From Octopus sinensis (taxonomy: Eukaryota), in NCBI RefSeq assembly GCF_006345805.1, contig NC_043004.1, forward strand, positions 95,666,001 to 95,730,000: DNA of 64,000 bases, read 5' to 3'. This document shows positions 26,014 through 39,875 of the stretch, one piece after another. The position numbers and the translations under genes were made by a program. The number at the start of each line of letters is the position of its first letter. The stretch's first letter is position 1. Below the pieces are notes generated by a model that did no database searches, was not told where the DNA came from, and worked only from the letters and a program-made list of their open reading frames with translations.

Positions 26014-26621
26014 CATATATGCACACACGTGATTGCACACACACACACGAATACACATGCACAAACATATATATGCATATATCACATAGATACATACACA
26101 CATACACACACATATATATCTATACTTATGTGCATGTGCATATGCACATCTGACTGTGCGTATGCAGATGGATACATTTATAATTGTGGATATAAATATA
26201 TGAGTGTATATTTATAGTATCATGTTCACTCGCATCCATATGTATGTGTGCATGCATATTCAAAAACATGAAAAAAGCTGTATATACATATATATATATT
26301 ATATATATATATATAGATATATATATATATATATATATGTATACATATGTATATATATACACATGTATGTGTGTATGCATATGTATGTATGCATGTATAA
26401 ATATATTTATACATATATATGTACATATATATCTATTTATGTACGTATGTATGTATATATGTATATATATATACATATATATATGTGTATATGCATATAT
26501 ATAGATATATACATATACATATATATATGTATATGTATATATGTATATATATATATATATGCATATGCATATACATATATATATATGTATATATATATAT
26601 ACATAGGTATATACATACACA

Positions 26622-26671
<50 letters not shown>

Positions 26672-26735
26672 CATATACACCATATATACATATATATATA
26701 CTTACATATACATATATATACACATATATATATAT

Positions 26736-26782
<47 letters not shown>

Positions 26783-27604
26783 ATATATATATATATATAT
26801 ACATATATATATAGCATATATAAGCATATTGATGAAATCTTTTGATGGTAACAGAAGTAGCCAGTGTCTGAGAGAAAGTAATTTATATACATACATACAC
26901 GGAGAGAGAGAGAGAGAGAGGGAGGGACATATACATAGTTGTGTATATGTGTGGTTGTATAATTACAATTATTCTGTGACCTGTTCCCCATGGCACCAGT
27001 TCTGTGCTATTAGAATCAACTTCTTGTCTAAAGGATAACTAACTTTGAGCATATAACTTTACCTCTCATGATTGTATTTCTGCTGTACAAAATCCATTAT
27101 TCCTCCGTTTAGGAATCAGTCTAAAGTCTCCAAAGTTCTTCGGCATTTATGTCTGCGACGTGAAATTGAATAGTGTGAAAGACTCCAATTGGAAATGGAA
27201 CTAAATGTATTTGTGGGGGTGGGCGCATGCTTACATGTGTGTGAATGTCTGTGTGTCTGTATGGATGCATATGATTGATATGTGTGTGCACATATATACA
27301 TATTTGTAAATGCTTATACATATGTGAGTATATATATACACACACACACACATTTATACATATATATATATATACATATGCACACATATATATATGTATA
27401 TACACACATACTTACATATATATATGTATACACACACATATATACATACATATATATGTATATATGAGCATATATGTGTGAATTGTATATATATAATATA
27501 TATATTTATATATATATATATATATATATATGAAGATACTGATATATATATGTATATACATATATATCTAGATGTATGTATATATGTCTCTATATATATG
27601 TAAG

Positions 27605-27654
<50 letters not shown>

Positions 27655-27820
27655 TATACATATATATATATAGGTAGATAGATAGATACATAGATAATGT
27701 GTGTGTGTATGTATATGTATGTATGTACGTATGTATATATGCACACATACACACACACAGTTACACTTTAACTCACACATATACATATACGTACATATAT
27801 AAATGTGTGTGTGTGTGTGT
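23670..27820. repeat. Dense microsatellite field: (TA)n, (TG)n, (TACA)n, (GATA)n, (GA)n with small unique islands
   Basis: Direct reading. Similar fields at 12-400, 13075-13385, 14450-15060 and 30540-31170. Confidence 0.95.
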
Positions 27821-28204
27821 GTGTGTATTGTAATTTGTTCCCTTTCTCTTCTCCCTAAGCAATTACATGTTTCTAAATGTGCGGAGGATTTAATAGACTT
27901 ATCATGATTTAATGGACTTTGCCATACACTTGCACTGATGTGAACCCAATGACTAAAACAGGCAAATCTCAACAGCGAAAACTGACTCACACATTGCCCT
28001 GTGTGCCGAACAGACATAAATGCAGAACTTTTAGCCAAAGGCTTGAAGGTTCACATCCCATCTCAGGCACTGCACAGCATCTTTGGTCAAGCAATTGATT
28101 CTTGGTGGCATTAAGAATAAGATCCGAGCTGCTCTGCGATGTTGTTATGCCATGAACAGGAGAGTTTATTATTTTGGCTCAAGCCCTTTTTTCGGAGGGA
28201 TTAA

Positions 28205-28521
28205 CCCTTTAGCATTCAAATTAATATGTCATACGTAATCCTTATTCATTTACATTTTTAATAAAATAATCTGGTATTATCTTGTCACTGCAAGATTTGA
28301 AAGATGTAATTACTCTTTTACTCTTTTACTTGTTTCAGTCATTTGACTGCGGCCATGCTGGAGCAACGCCTTTAGTCGAGCAAATCGACCCCAGGACTTA
28401 TTCTTTGTAAGCCCGATACTTATTCTATCGGTCTCTTTTGCCGAACCGCAAAGTGACGGGGACGTAAACACACCACCATCAGTTGTCAAGCAATGCTAGG
28501 GGGACAAACACAGACACACAA

Positions 28522-28554
<33 letters not shown>

Positions 28555-28843
28555 CATATATACGACAGGCTTCTTTCAATTTCCATCTACCAAATCCACT
28601 CACAAGGCATTGGTCGGCCCGGGGCTATGGCAGAAGACACTTGCCCAAGATACCACACAGTGGGACTGAACCCGGAACCATGTGGTTGGTTAGCAAGCTA
28701 CTTACCACACAGCCACTCCTGCGCCTATTGTTTATTTTTATAATTACATTGCAAGGTAAGTGTGAGATACTGGATCTGGCCAGTTTGAGCATAAAATGAG
28801 TAGAATATTCAGGCCGGATATAACCGGTTTAAACACTAAAGGA
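28205..28843. mobile_element. piggyBac-type MITE interrupted by a family A SINE
   Basis: TTAA|CCCTTTAGCATTCAAA … AAACACTAAAGGA|TTAA; the interior is the reverse complement of the 10910 MITE. Confidence 0.75.
28311..28726 (-). mobile_element. SINE family A, full length
   Basis: Reverse complement of the 10070 copy; shares subfamily variants (GACCAATGCC, GCATCTTGGG, CCTGTCG). Confidence 0.92.
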
Positions 28844-29167
28844 TTAAAGAAGAGGTGTTGTATCTTTCGCCATGGTCTTTTCTTTTTAACAAAAAAGTTA
28901 TGGGAATGTAAATGCACCGACACTGGTTGTCAAGCAGTGGTGAGAGACAAACACATACACAAAGACATATATATTCATAGATACATACGACAGGCTTCTT
29001 TCAGTTTCCATCTACCAAATCCACTCACAAGGCTTTGGTCAGTCCAAGGCTATAGAAGACACTTGCTTGAGATGACTTGCTGTAGGACTGAACCCAGAAT
29101 CATGTCCTTGGGAAGTAACCCTCTTACAACACACTAACACTGGTATGTATGTATGTATGCATATATG

Positions 29168-29460
29168 TACGAGGTGGTATCACAAATTTTCAGACTAGTC
29201 CTCTAGCGAACCAACAGATGACAGCACACAGGGTTGTGTACACAGTAAGAGCTAGAAGGGACCTTCATGAGACAGAGTGCCGAATGACACTGCATTGTTT
29301 ACTTCGCGAGTTGTGAAAGTTGTGTTTTTGTGATCATGTGTATGCTATAGTCTGCGATTTTGTCATGGGCAAGGACAAAGAGCCAACAGGAAATTTCACA
29401 TCAAACTTAAGAAGTCAGCTACAGAATCATTGAGTATGCTTCGGCAAACTTACAGCAATT
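29168..29460 (+). mobile_element. Mariner 5' fragment with start of transposase
   Basis: TACGAGGTGGTATCAC TIR, then ATG…KSATESLSMLRQTYS (mariner N-terminal HTH-like). Confidence 0.7.
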
Positions 29461-29641
29461 TTGAAACAGTAAATTTCGGAACAATTTTGTTTTCCTACAT
29501 CAACAAATCTACAATATTCTTTGTTTACTTAGGAGATTCATTCCTCATCAGTATGACAAAAACTACACTTTGTCGATGAAGACAGAATTAGAGAGAAACA
29601 TGTCAAAACTTGTTTTCCTTGATTTCTTTTTTTTTTAGCCC

Positions 29642-29939
29642 TTTTCAAGCCCAGCCAGGCTCATAGGCCCGGTTTCCCATTTTCTGTAGTGTATGTGTTC
29701 TCCCCAGCTGGATGAGATGCCAGTCCATTGCAGCATAACTCCAGAAACAGGAAGAGAGAGTCAGATAAAGTTGTGGTGAAAGAGTACAACAGGTGTCGCC
29801 ACCACCCCCTGTCGAAGCCTCGTGGAGCTTTTAGGTGTTTTCGCTCAAAAAACACACACAACACCTGGTCTGGGAATCGAAACCGCGATCCTCCGACTGT
29901 GAGTCCGCTGCCCTAACCACTGGACCATTGCGCCTCTAC
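29642..29939 (-). mobile_element. SINE family D (clear tRNA-derived head)
   Basis: Reverse complement: GAGGCGCAATGGTCCAGTGGTTAGGGCAGCGGACTCACAGTCGGAGGATCGCGGTTTCGATTCCCAGACC (A and B boxes). Related copy at 37932-38238. Confidence 0.8.
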
Positions 29940-30859
29940 AATGTTTTCCTTGATTACTATGAAAATAATATTATGAGTTCACTAATAATGTTTTCTTTTT
30001 TATCTTATATTTCTAGTCAGTATTTTGCTGTTCTATGCATTAGACATAAATTATAATTTACCTACATTAACTGCACCTGGTTATCCTCATCTCAGACAAA
30101 AATTATTGGAAAAAGAAATGAATATCAAAGAAGTAAATCTGGTGCAAGATTGAAGAAACACAGAAGTATATTTCAATGCCTTTTTCTGACAGCAAAAATT
30201 TCTTACATCACCAAACAAATATATGTTAAATTTTTTTCTCTCACATCCTTTCTCTACTTTGCATAATTCACTGAGTGGTTCTTGTTGTTTCTGTTGGCCT
30301 TCTTACTGTTGTATTTATTTGTTGTCTGACCTTTGCCCTATGTTCAGATGCTATTCCCTGCATTAAAGTAACTATTTAATGGCCAGATAACAAGACTGAA
30401 AAGCTTAAATCATAAACCTCAGCAAACCTGATTAATAACACTCGGCTGCATGTTGTAATCTTAAACTTTAGGAAGGTAAAACTGGCAGGTTCACGAGAAC
30501 TCCATGCATTTATTGGCTTCAGTAATTATAGGTGATGACCACATATTTTCACACCCACACACACACACACACATTTGTATGCATATTCACATGTATGCAT
30601 AACATGTACATAAGGCACATATATATATATATTGAGAGAGAAAGAGAGGGAGCAAGGGAGAGAAAGGAAAGAGAGAGTAGCAAAAAGTGGGAAGGAGAGA
30701 GTAATTTTGATCTAAATTGCTATACACACACACACATATACATGCCCACAAACTTATGTATATATATGAGTGAGTGTATATATATATATACATATATATA
30801 TATATACATATATACATATATATATATACACACACACATATATACATAAGTTTGTGGGC

Positions 30860-30891
<32 letters not shown>

Positions 30892-31118
30892 TATATGCCC
30901 ACAAACTTATGTATATATGTGTGTGTGTATATATATATATATGTGTGTGTATGCCAACAAACGTACTTATGTAAGTATATATATATATATATATGTACAC
31001 ACACAGAGAAGGGGAAGAGGGGAGTGGTATGTAAACATACACAAAAATATGAATATTACAATATATACAATATCTAGAACATTTATATACTCTGTTGATA
31101 CTTGCTACATTCACATGC

Positions 31119-31169
<51 letters not shown>

Positions 31170-31974
31170 TCAACACCACTCACATATACCCAAAGATATA
31201 CATAGAAATACAAAATAAGCATGCCTATTAGCTATTCACTTACACACAAGCATCGGTACATATAAACTAATTCTTCGTATCACTAGTTAGACACAAGCTT
31301 ATACGTACACATATGTATGTATACTCAAGTATTTCTACAAAGTGTTACCATTGCAGTTTATACATAAACTCATGTTTTTATGTTGCTGTTTACAACAGTA
31401 AACGATGTATACACAAGCATATTATAAACATTTGTAAGCACAAATATTGCTGATAGTTGCACAAAGATATGCACATGTATGTAAATATTTATTCATATAC
31501 ATTATTACTCATTAAATTATATACACAGTGCTATATCACAGCTAGATATGTACCCAATGCACAGGTACATTTACTCTAGCTACACACAGGCAAACACATG
31601 CATATCTATGCATTATTACTGGCAACCTGTACTCACGTAACACATATATGTACATCATAAATGTGTGTATGTGTGCATGCATGTGTGTGTGTGTATGCAT
31701 GTGTGTGTATGCATGTGTGTGTGTTATATCTAAGTATGGTTATATAAACACTTATATATAAAATCTGTGCATATATTTACATACGTGCATGTGTATATAT
31801 TATGATGAAGCAATGAACATACTTCTTGATTCTGATTTCTCTAGAAAGAAACATTTGAGAACAGAAGAATTTGCTGCAGCACCATCATAGATCGATATTG
31901 TATAAAGAAGTAAGAACTGAATCAAACCATTTGGTAATCAAGTGTATACTCAGATAATCAAATGGCCTTTGACA

Positions 31975-32330
31975 TAATGGACTCATGGCCGTTGCCAGCA
32001 CCGCCCCGACTGGCCTCTGTGCCGGTGGCACGTAAAGAGCACCATCCGATCATGGCCATTGCAAGCCTCGCCTGGCCTCCGTGCTGGTGGCATTTAAAAA
32101 GCACCATCCGATCATGGCCGTTTGCCAGCCCCGTCTGGCACCTGTGCTGGTGGCACATAAAAAGCACCCACTACACTCACGGAGTGGTTGGCGTTAGGAA
32201 AGGCATCCAGCCATAGAAACATTGCCATATCAGACTGGGCCTGGTGCAGCCTTCTGGCTTCCTAGACCCCAGTTGAACCATCCAACCCATGCTAGCATGG
32301 AAAGCGGACGCTAAACGATGATGATGATGA
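31975..32330 (+). mobile_element. Family C repeat
   Basis: Three GC-rich GCCGTT(T)GCCAG…GGCAC…AAAAGCACC units, then GGTTGGCGTTAGGAAAGGCATCC and GGACGCTAAACGATGATGATG. Confidence 0.85.
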
Positions 32331-32755
32331 TTTCAAATTTTGGCACAAGGCTAGCAATTTTAAGAGAAGAGGTAAATCAATTACATCAGTCCCAGTGCTC
32401 AATTGGTGCTTATGTTATCAACCCCGAAATGATGAAGGGCAAAGTCAACCTCAGCAGAATTTTAATTCAGGACGTAAAGACAGATGAATTGCCACTAAGC
32501 TCACCACCTTTAAAAGGACTCTAAAATCATATACGGCTTGTTAACGCAGATATTGGGTCCTCACCAATCAACTATGGCTCCATCTCTTCCATTTCAAAAC
32601 AACATTAACAGAAAGCAAAGAAAGGAACCTCTATGTAGTCAAATAATCTGCAAGAAACAGCTGCTAAATCTCCCTAAAATCATACCTACCCTGGACAGGA
32701 TTGTCACAAGATTGTCAAAGCTAGCACACATTTGATCAGATGTCTGCTCAGTGTT

Positions 32756-32791
<36 letters not shown>

Positions 32792-32930
32792 TTATAAGCT
32801 TAAAGCGATCATGGCACAATGACTAAAGAAAATAGTCTAATAATAGTATTATAAAATACTATTATTATTATTATTATTATTATTATTTACAGAATTGTAA
32901 AAATCGACACTGCTTCACAAAAATCTTCAC

Positions 32931-32973
<43 letters not shown>

Positions 32974-32993
32974 TATATACATATGTATATATA

Positions 32994-33397
32994 CTTTTTT
33001 ACTCTTTTACACGTTTCAGTCATTTGACTGTGGTCATGCTGGAACACTGCTTTTAGTCGAAGAAATCAACCCCAAGAGTTAATCTTTGTAAGCCTAGTAC
33101 TTATTCTATTGGTCTCTTTTGCCAAACCACTAAGTTTCAGAGACATAAACACACCAACATCGGTTGTCAAACAATAGTGGGGGGGGGACACAGACACAAA
33201 GACACACACATAAATATATATACATATATATATATATATGCAATGGGCTTCTTTAAGTTTCCATCTACCAAATCCACTCACAAGGCTTTGGTCATCCTGA
33301 GGCTATAGTAGAAGATGTTTGCCCAAGGTGCCACACAGTAGGACTGAACCCAGAACCATGAAGTTGGGAAGCGAGCTTCTTACCATACACCCATTCC
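32994..33397 (-). mobile_element. SINE family A, older copy
   Basis: Diverged reverse complement of the family A sequence with internal (TA)n. Confidence 0.85.
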
Positions 33398-33982
33398 TAA
33401 TACTACTCTTTCTCTTTCTCCATTCTACTGCTTTACTCATAGAGGGCTCTTTTTAAACAAAAGTATTGCTTTTTCTTTTTCTTTTTATTTTCATTTGATA
33501 TTACCATATTATTAACTTTGAATTAGGACATTTATTACTTTTTAGTGGATATTACATCAGTTTGTAGTTATTAATTTTTGATTAGATAACCCTATTATTT
33601 TTGTAGTTAATCTTTGTTTCATTAAATTTGTCTATTGTTACTAGATATTTACATATTGTGAATTGTAATGTTAATAAAATGCTGGAGTGGTCTTTTTATA
33701 CTTTTCTGGTTTTGAATTAGCTATCTTTCATTCTACTATTATTTGCTCCTTCCTGCTGGGCTATGAAAGGTCTTTGTATATTTTTTTGGTCATAATTATT
33801 CATACTAGTATATAATTTTTGACAAAGAATCTAATTTTTATTTCAAGAAGAGTTTTACGTTTTCGTTTTTAGAATTAATTAGACTCCGAAACAATTTGTA
33901 GAATGCATATTGGTCCTGTACCAACCTGGATTATGAATTAAAGATCATCTTTCACCTACAATTTTTCCTTTCCTTATATTTC

Positions 33983-34017
<35 letters not shown>

Positions 34018-34020
<3 letters not shown>

Positions 34021-34411
34021 TCTTTTACTTGTTTCAGTCATTTGACTGCGGCCATGCTGGAGCACCGCCTTTAATCGAGCAACTCGACCCCAGAACTTAT
34101 TCTTTGTAAGCCCAGTACTTATTCTATCGGTCTCTTTTGCTGAACCGCTAAGTGACGGGGACATAAACACACCAGCATCGGTTGTCAAGCGATGTTGGGG
34201 GACAAACACAGACATACAAACATACACGCACACATATATATATACATATATACGATGGGCTGCTTTCAGTTTCCATCTACCAAATCCACTCACAAGGCTT
34301 TGGTCGGCCCGAGGCTATAGTAGAAGACACTTGCCCAAGGTGCCACGCATTGGGACTGAACCCGGAACCATGCAGTTGGTAAACAAGCTACTTACCACAC
34401 AGCCACTCCTA
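34018..34411 (-). mobile_element. SINE family A
   Basis: CTCTTTTACTTGTTTCAGTCATTTGACTGCGGCC…CACAGCCACTCCT. Confidence 0.9.
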
Positions 34412-34471
34412 TATATATATGCAATAACAAATCTCTAAGTGAGGTATAAAAAGTAGCACCATGACATCATG

Positions 34472-34928
34472 AAGTATATTTGCTACCCGAATGTGGGTAA
34501 CCCTTAAGGGTCGATGCTTCTGTAGCTTGTAGCCCCAGGGAGACATCTCCTCCAGCTGGCAATTGACATACTATCTGTGCCCTATCGGCATTTGCAAAGA
34601 GAAGTTATCATTCCCATCTCCTTGTTTCCACTTTTTCGAGACCAATTACTTTTTGTCACTGGAAAAAGTATATATATATTTGCATTGAGAACCACTTCCC
34701 ATTACCAACCAGTGGTTGTCACATGCTGATCACGGGTCAATACCCAGAAACTCAGGTCCATGTGTATTGCATCAGGCTGGAGATGGGAACGATGACTTCC
34801 CTTTGCAAATACTGATAGGGCACAGATAGTTTGTCAATAGCCAGCTGGAGGAGATATCTTCCTGGGGCTACAAGCTACAGTAGCATTGACCCTTAAGGGT
34901 TAGCCACATTTAAGTGGCAAATATACTT
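34472..34928. mobile_element. Long-TIR MITE-like element (~150-bp arms, ~155-bp spacer), superfamily unassigned
   Basis: AAGTATATTTGC…TTCCCATCTCC (34472-34621) is mirrored by GGAGATGGGAA…GCAAATATACTT (34779-34928). Each arm contains the palindrome ACCCTTAAGGGT. Confidence 0.8.
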
Positions 34929-34938
34929 ATAATATATG

Positions 34939-34976
<38 letters not shown>

Positions 34977-35113
34977 CTGGCTTCTGTGTCGGTGGCACTT
35001 AAAAACCACCAACCAATCGTGGCCATTGCCAGCCTCCTGGCTTCCCAGACCCCGGTCGAACCATCCAACCCATGCTAGCATGGAAAACAGACGTTAAACG
35101 ATGATGATGATGA

Positions 35114-35155
<42 letters not shown>

Positions 35156-35961
35156 GTAAATATGTGTGTATAAATATATATATATACACTCACACACACA
35201 TGTATCTGGTTCATCAGCTCCTGTCTTACTGTCCAACCGATGCAAGCATGGAAAACAATCATTCAACTACCATGATGATTTTATACACACACACATACAC
35301 ACACACACATATACATAAATTCACACACCAGGCTTCCACACAGTTTCCCTCAGCCAAATTCTCTCACAAAACATTGGTTGACTAGAGGTGGCAAAAAAGT
35401 GATACAAAACTTTTTACCCAAGGTGGTGTACAGCGGAACCGAACCCCAAACCATGCAGTTATGAAACTAACAACCTTACCACATACTCACTGAAACAAAT
35501 AGACAGACAAACAAATAGAATAAACTGAGATGGAAATTAATTTCAGCAATATCAATAAATTACTGCCATGAGACACACAGCTTCCTTGTTCTTTTTGACA
35601 AACTTAATACAATATTTGGTGCTTTCGTATTTACTGCTTACAAGATTCTTCATGTCAAGCATTAAAAGTTTACTAGTGATGTATCAGATTCTTGATTAAA
35701 TGTTTGTATTGTATTCTTGCATCCGTGGAACGTTAAACAAAATGAAATGCTGGTACTTGATAGTAAAAGAGTGAGAGAGAGAGACAGAGAGTATGAAGTT
35801 ATATATATAGTTATGAATTCTTTTGTTTTCTATACTGTTTTGGTTTGAATTGTTATTATTTATTTTACTCAATTACATTTTCTCGGTATTCACGTTTTCT
35901 ATGTGTGAGCTTCCATGAAATTTCATAATTCCTGACTCCAAAAATTGGTTATGAATTTTAT

Positions 35962-36110
35962 CACTACCACCACCACCAACAACAACAACAATATCGGCAC
36001 TAGCAACACCACCATCACCACCACCAACAACAACAACAACATCACCACCAGCAACACCACCAACAGCTACAACATCACCATCGCCACCACAATTTCTCTC
36101 ACCACCGCTG
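35962..36110. repeat. Compound (CAC/CAA/CAT)n trinucleotide tract
   Basis: Read directly from the sequence. Confidence 0.85.
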
Positions 36111-36245
36111 CATTCTTTTCTGTAGAAATAGATGCATGCAATGTATTGTGTTAAAGAAATATTACTGATAAATATTTTGAGATGTTTCATATTTGAAAGT
36201 TATGGGGAAGAGAGTCATTATCAAGGAATTGAACCTATGATGTGA

Positions 36246-37760
36246 AGGCCCATGGCTTAGTGGTTAAGGTACGAGGGGCGTTCAATAAGTAATGCCCCTG
36301 ACCCACTTCCCATAGCAGTAGAGCAACGAAACTTGGCACAGTTATTAGTCTTTTTCTACATAGGAACCACCCAGAGTTACGCATTTCTCCCATTGTTTGA
36401 TGCAGCTCTGGAGACCGTTTTTGTAGAAGACCCCAGCTTGGTCCTCCAACCTCAACGTGACTTCAGAAATCAAGGCTGCATCATCTGGGAAACGCTTTCC
36501 TTTCAAAAACAACTTCATGACTGGGAAGAGGTGAAAATCAGAGGGTGCAAGGTCAGGAAAGTAGGGGGATGGGGGAGGAGTTCATAGCTGTACGCCTGTG
36601 CTTCTGATCTGGCGACAAGCGAGTTGTGGACCGGAGCGTTGTCCTGCAGGAGGAGGATACCTTTGCTGATCTTGCCCCGCCTCTTGATTTTGATAACTTC
36701 TCTTAATTTCCTCAAAAGTGAAGCATAATAGGCTCCTGCAATTGTGGTACTCTTTGCCAAGAAATCTGTCATCACTACTCCGTCCTGGTCCCAGAAGACT
36801 GTGAGCATGACCTTGCCTTCTTTGGAGGGGGTGAGTCACGGTGCTTCCACTGCATTGACTGGGCTTTGGTCTCTGGATCATCGTGATGGACCCAGGTTTC
36901 ATCCTGTGTAATCAGTCTTTTGAAAAATTTTGACTCATCTTCTTGGCACATCTCCAAATTCACCCTCGAGCACTCGATGCGTTCTTGCTTCTGGAAAGGC
37001 GTGAGCAACCTGGAAATCCATCTGGCAGACACCTTTTGCATATGCAAATGATCATGAATGATAGTTTCCACAGACCCGGTACTAATCTTGACCTCATGGG
37101 CTACTTGGCGAATAATTATGCGTCGATCTTCCAAAATGGCAGCCTCAACTTGACGGACAGATGCCTCATTAATGGCAGAAGGGGCGACCAGATCTGGGAG
37201 TTGTTTCCACAGAGTTCCGACCATGTTTGAATTCACGATGCCAGCGTTTTACAAGGTCATATGATGGGGCATCATCACCATAAGTTACTTTCATTTCATC
37301 AAAAGTCTCCCGTGGTATGCGTCCTTTCAAATACAAAAACCGGATCACTGCTCGACACTCAACAGGCTCCATTTCACACTTGACTCGGTTCAAACACCTG
37401 TAAATCAGAAACCACAATTAATTCAGAGCTGTAATTTACCACTTACTCTATAGAGATATAAATGATTGCACATGCAAAATTTCAGCTAGATCAAACAACT
37501 GCAAGTGGGTGGTCAGAGGCATTACTTATTGAACGTCCCTCGTATTTGACTCATGATCTTAAGGCCAGGAGTTCAATTTCCAGTGGTGCATTGTGTCCTT
37601 GAGCAAGACACTTTATTTCCCATTGCTCCAGTCCACTCAGTTGGCAAAAATAAGTGTGACACACTCCCTGAGAACTACATTAAGGGCACTTATGCTTGTG
37701 GTGTGCTCAACATGTTAATTTCACAAGCTGGCAGTTCCACTGATCAGATCAACTAAAACA
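36246..37760 (+). mobile_element. tRNA/CORE-type SINE split by a mariner insertion (36246-36271 plus 37543-~37760)
   Basis: Rejoined, it reads GGCCCATGGCTTAGTGGTTAAGGTA|TTTGACTCATGATCTTAAGGCCAGGAGTTCAATTTCC…GTGTCCTTGAGCAAGACACTT. Confidence 0.7.
36272..37542 (-). mobile_element. Full-length decayed mariner transposon (1271 bp); transposase pseudogene 37372-36345
   Basis: TA TSD on both sides; TIRs CGAGGGGCGTTCAATAAGTAATGCCCCTGACC / CGAGGGACGTTCAATAAGTAATGCCTCTGACC. Protein pieces MEPVECRAVIRFL…RSGRP, KVSARWISRLLT, ITQDETWVHH, LLQDNAPVH, LLPHPP and C-terminal YVEKD*, broken by frameshifts. Confidence 0.95.
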
Positions 37761-37931
37761 GGCCTGGCCAACTCGAATTACATTGTGGGTCACCTTAATC
37801 ACAGAAAAATGTTTTTGAGGGCTGTTTGTATACTGACAGTATTGAAAGCATTTTGCCTTTTCATGTTATTATTACAATAATGAATGAATAGTTGTCGATT
37901 CAGCATGAAATACTATTGTTGCAAAGACACT

Positions 37932-38238
37932 GTTGTTGTTTGTTGCTTCTCAAGCCATGCCTGGCTCGCAAGGGCCAGTTTCCCGGTTTCATTGGCATAT
38001 AGATTCCCCACTTGAACAGGATGCTGGTCCATCATGGGGAGCTGCTAGATGCAGGAGGAAAGAGTGAGAGAAAGTTGTGGTGAAAGAGTCAGCAGAGGTT
38101 TGCCATTACCTTCTGCCAGAGTCACGTGGAGCTTAAGTGTTTCACTCATAAACACACACATCACCCTGTCTGAGATTCGAACCTGCAATCCCTCAACAGT
38201 GAGTTCATTGCTCTAACTACTAGGCCATGTGCCTCCAT
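37932..38238 (-). mobile_element. SINE family D, older copy
   Basis: Shares AAAGTTGTGGTGAAAGAGT and a tRNA-like head (GATTCGAACC on the plus strand) with the 29642 copy. Confidence 0.7.
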
Positions 38239-38317
38239 GCAAAAACAATTGTATCTTTCTTTTTTACTTTGCCAAGCAATATTTAATTTTGATAGAATTT
38301 TTTTAATGTTTGTTTAA

Positions 38318-38508
38318 CCCTTTAGCATTTAAATCGGCCATATCCAGCCAAAAGTATTCTGCTTGTTTTATGTTCAAACTGGCCAGATCTGGTCTCTCAC
38401 ACCAGCCCCACAATATCGTTTTAAAAATTAACAGCTACCTCATCAAAATCTCATAGCTACAAGATAATGCATGATTAGTTCAAAACAATGTGGATAAAAA
38501 GGGATTAA
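38318..38508. mobile_element. piggyBac-type MITE, right end lost at a SINE junction
   Basis: TTAA|CCCTTTAGCATTTAAATCGGCCATATC; colinear with the 10910 copy. Confidence 0.75.
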
Positions 38509-38509
38509 T

Positions 38510-38727
38510 CTCTTTTCTCTTTTACTTGTTTCAGTCATTTGACTGTGGCCATGCTGGAGCACCGCCTTTTAGTCGAGCAAATCAACCCCAGGACTTATTC
38601 TTTGTAAGCCTAGTACTTATCCTATCGGTCTCTTTTTGCCGAACCGCTAAGTAACGGGGACGTAAACACACCAGCATCAGTTGTCAAGCGATGTTGGGGA
38701 GACAAACACAGACACACAAACACACAC

Positions 38728-38770
<43 letters not shown>

Positions 38771-38946
38771 ATATATATATACGATGGGCTTCTTTCAGTT
38801 TCCGTCTGCCAAATCCACTCACAAGGCTTTGGTCGGCCCGAGGCTATAGTAGAAGACACTTGCCCAAGGTGCCATGCAGTGGGACTGAACCCGGAACTGT
38901 GTGGTTGGTAAGCAAGCTACTTACCACACATCCACTCCTGCGCCTA
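38510..38946 (-). mobile_element. SINE family A, full length
   Basis: Reverse complement of the family A sequence, ending CCACTCCTGCGCCT. Confidence 0.92.
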
Positions 38947-39471
38947 TGGATGACTTAAGTTTACTTCTAACCTCCCCATTCTTATAAACACCAAGTAGAA
39001 AGATTGTGTTCATGAGTGTACCAAACCTCACATGTATGTATGGTCACAGTCTTGCGGATGCTTGCATGAGCATGTGTACTCGTGCCATACAGCTTACCTG
39101 AGGGTGTTTATACATCCATATCTGTTAACGGTTATTTTTAATATTTTTCTCATTGGATTGTGTGTTTGTTTCTCTTTTTGCCATCTGTGATTTTATTTTT
39201 GATCTTCTATATAAATGAAGATATTTTCTCCGTCTGGCTGCTTTTCTCTCTACAAAACAAATGGGATGCTCCTGAACCAGTTGTTGAGTATCTCACAGAA
39301 ATCAATGCTAGATGTGTCCAAACAATTGTCGTGATTAACTATAAATTCTTGTATATTCCATCTTCTGTCTTTCATTTGCCATATACCTAATGATCACTGT
39401 GAAAGTGACCGTGCTTTACCAGAAAGCTACCAGGTGTAAACCATTCGTTCCTTTATATATATATATATATA

Positions 39472-39875
39472 TAGGCACAGGGGTGGCTGTGTGGTAAGTA
39501 GCTTGCTAACCAACCACATGGTTCCGGGTTCAGTCCCACTGCGTGGCACCTTGGGAAAGTGTCTTCTACTATAGCCTCGGGCCGACCAAAGCCTTGTGAG
39601 TGGATTTGGTAGACGGAAACTGAAAGAAGCCCGTCGTATATATGTATATATATATATATGTGTGCATGTATGTTTGTGTGTCTGTGTTTGTCCACCTAGC
39701 ATTGCTTGACAACCGATGCTGGTGTGTTTATGTCCCTGTCACTTAGCGGTTTCGCAAAAGAGACCGATAGAATAAGTACTGGGCTTACAAAGAATAAGTC
39801 CCGGGGTCGAGTTGCTCGATTAAAGGCGGTGCTCCAGCATTGCCGCAGTCAAATGACTGAAACAAGTAAAAGAGT
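39472..39875 (+). mobile_element. SINE family A, followed by a partial inverted older copy (39885-40035)
   Basis: Head AGGCACAGGGGTGGCTGTGTGG, tail ACAAGTAAAAGAG. GATGGGCTTTCTTCAGTTTCCATCTACC… follows as the reverse-complement 5' half. Confidence 0.9.

Noticed and set aside
23686-27603. Many YI/CV/HT-repeat ORFs
   Set aside because: (TA)n, (TG)n and (TACA)n artefacts.
29870-29939. tRNA-like sequence with A and B boxes
   Set aside because: No complete cloverleaf, and it continues into a repeat body shared with 37932; it is a SINE head, not a tRNA gene.
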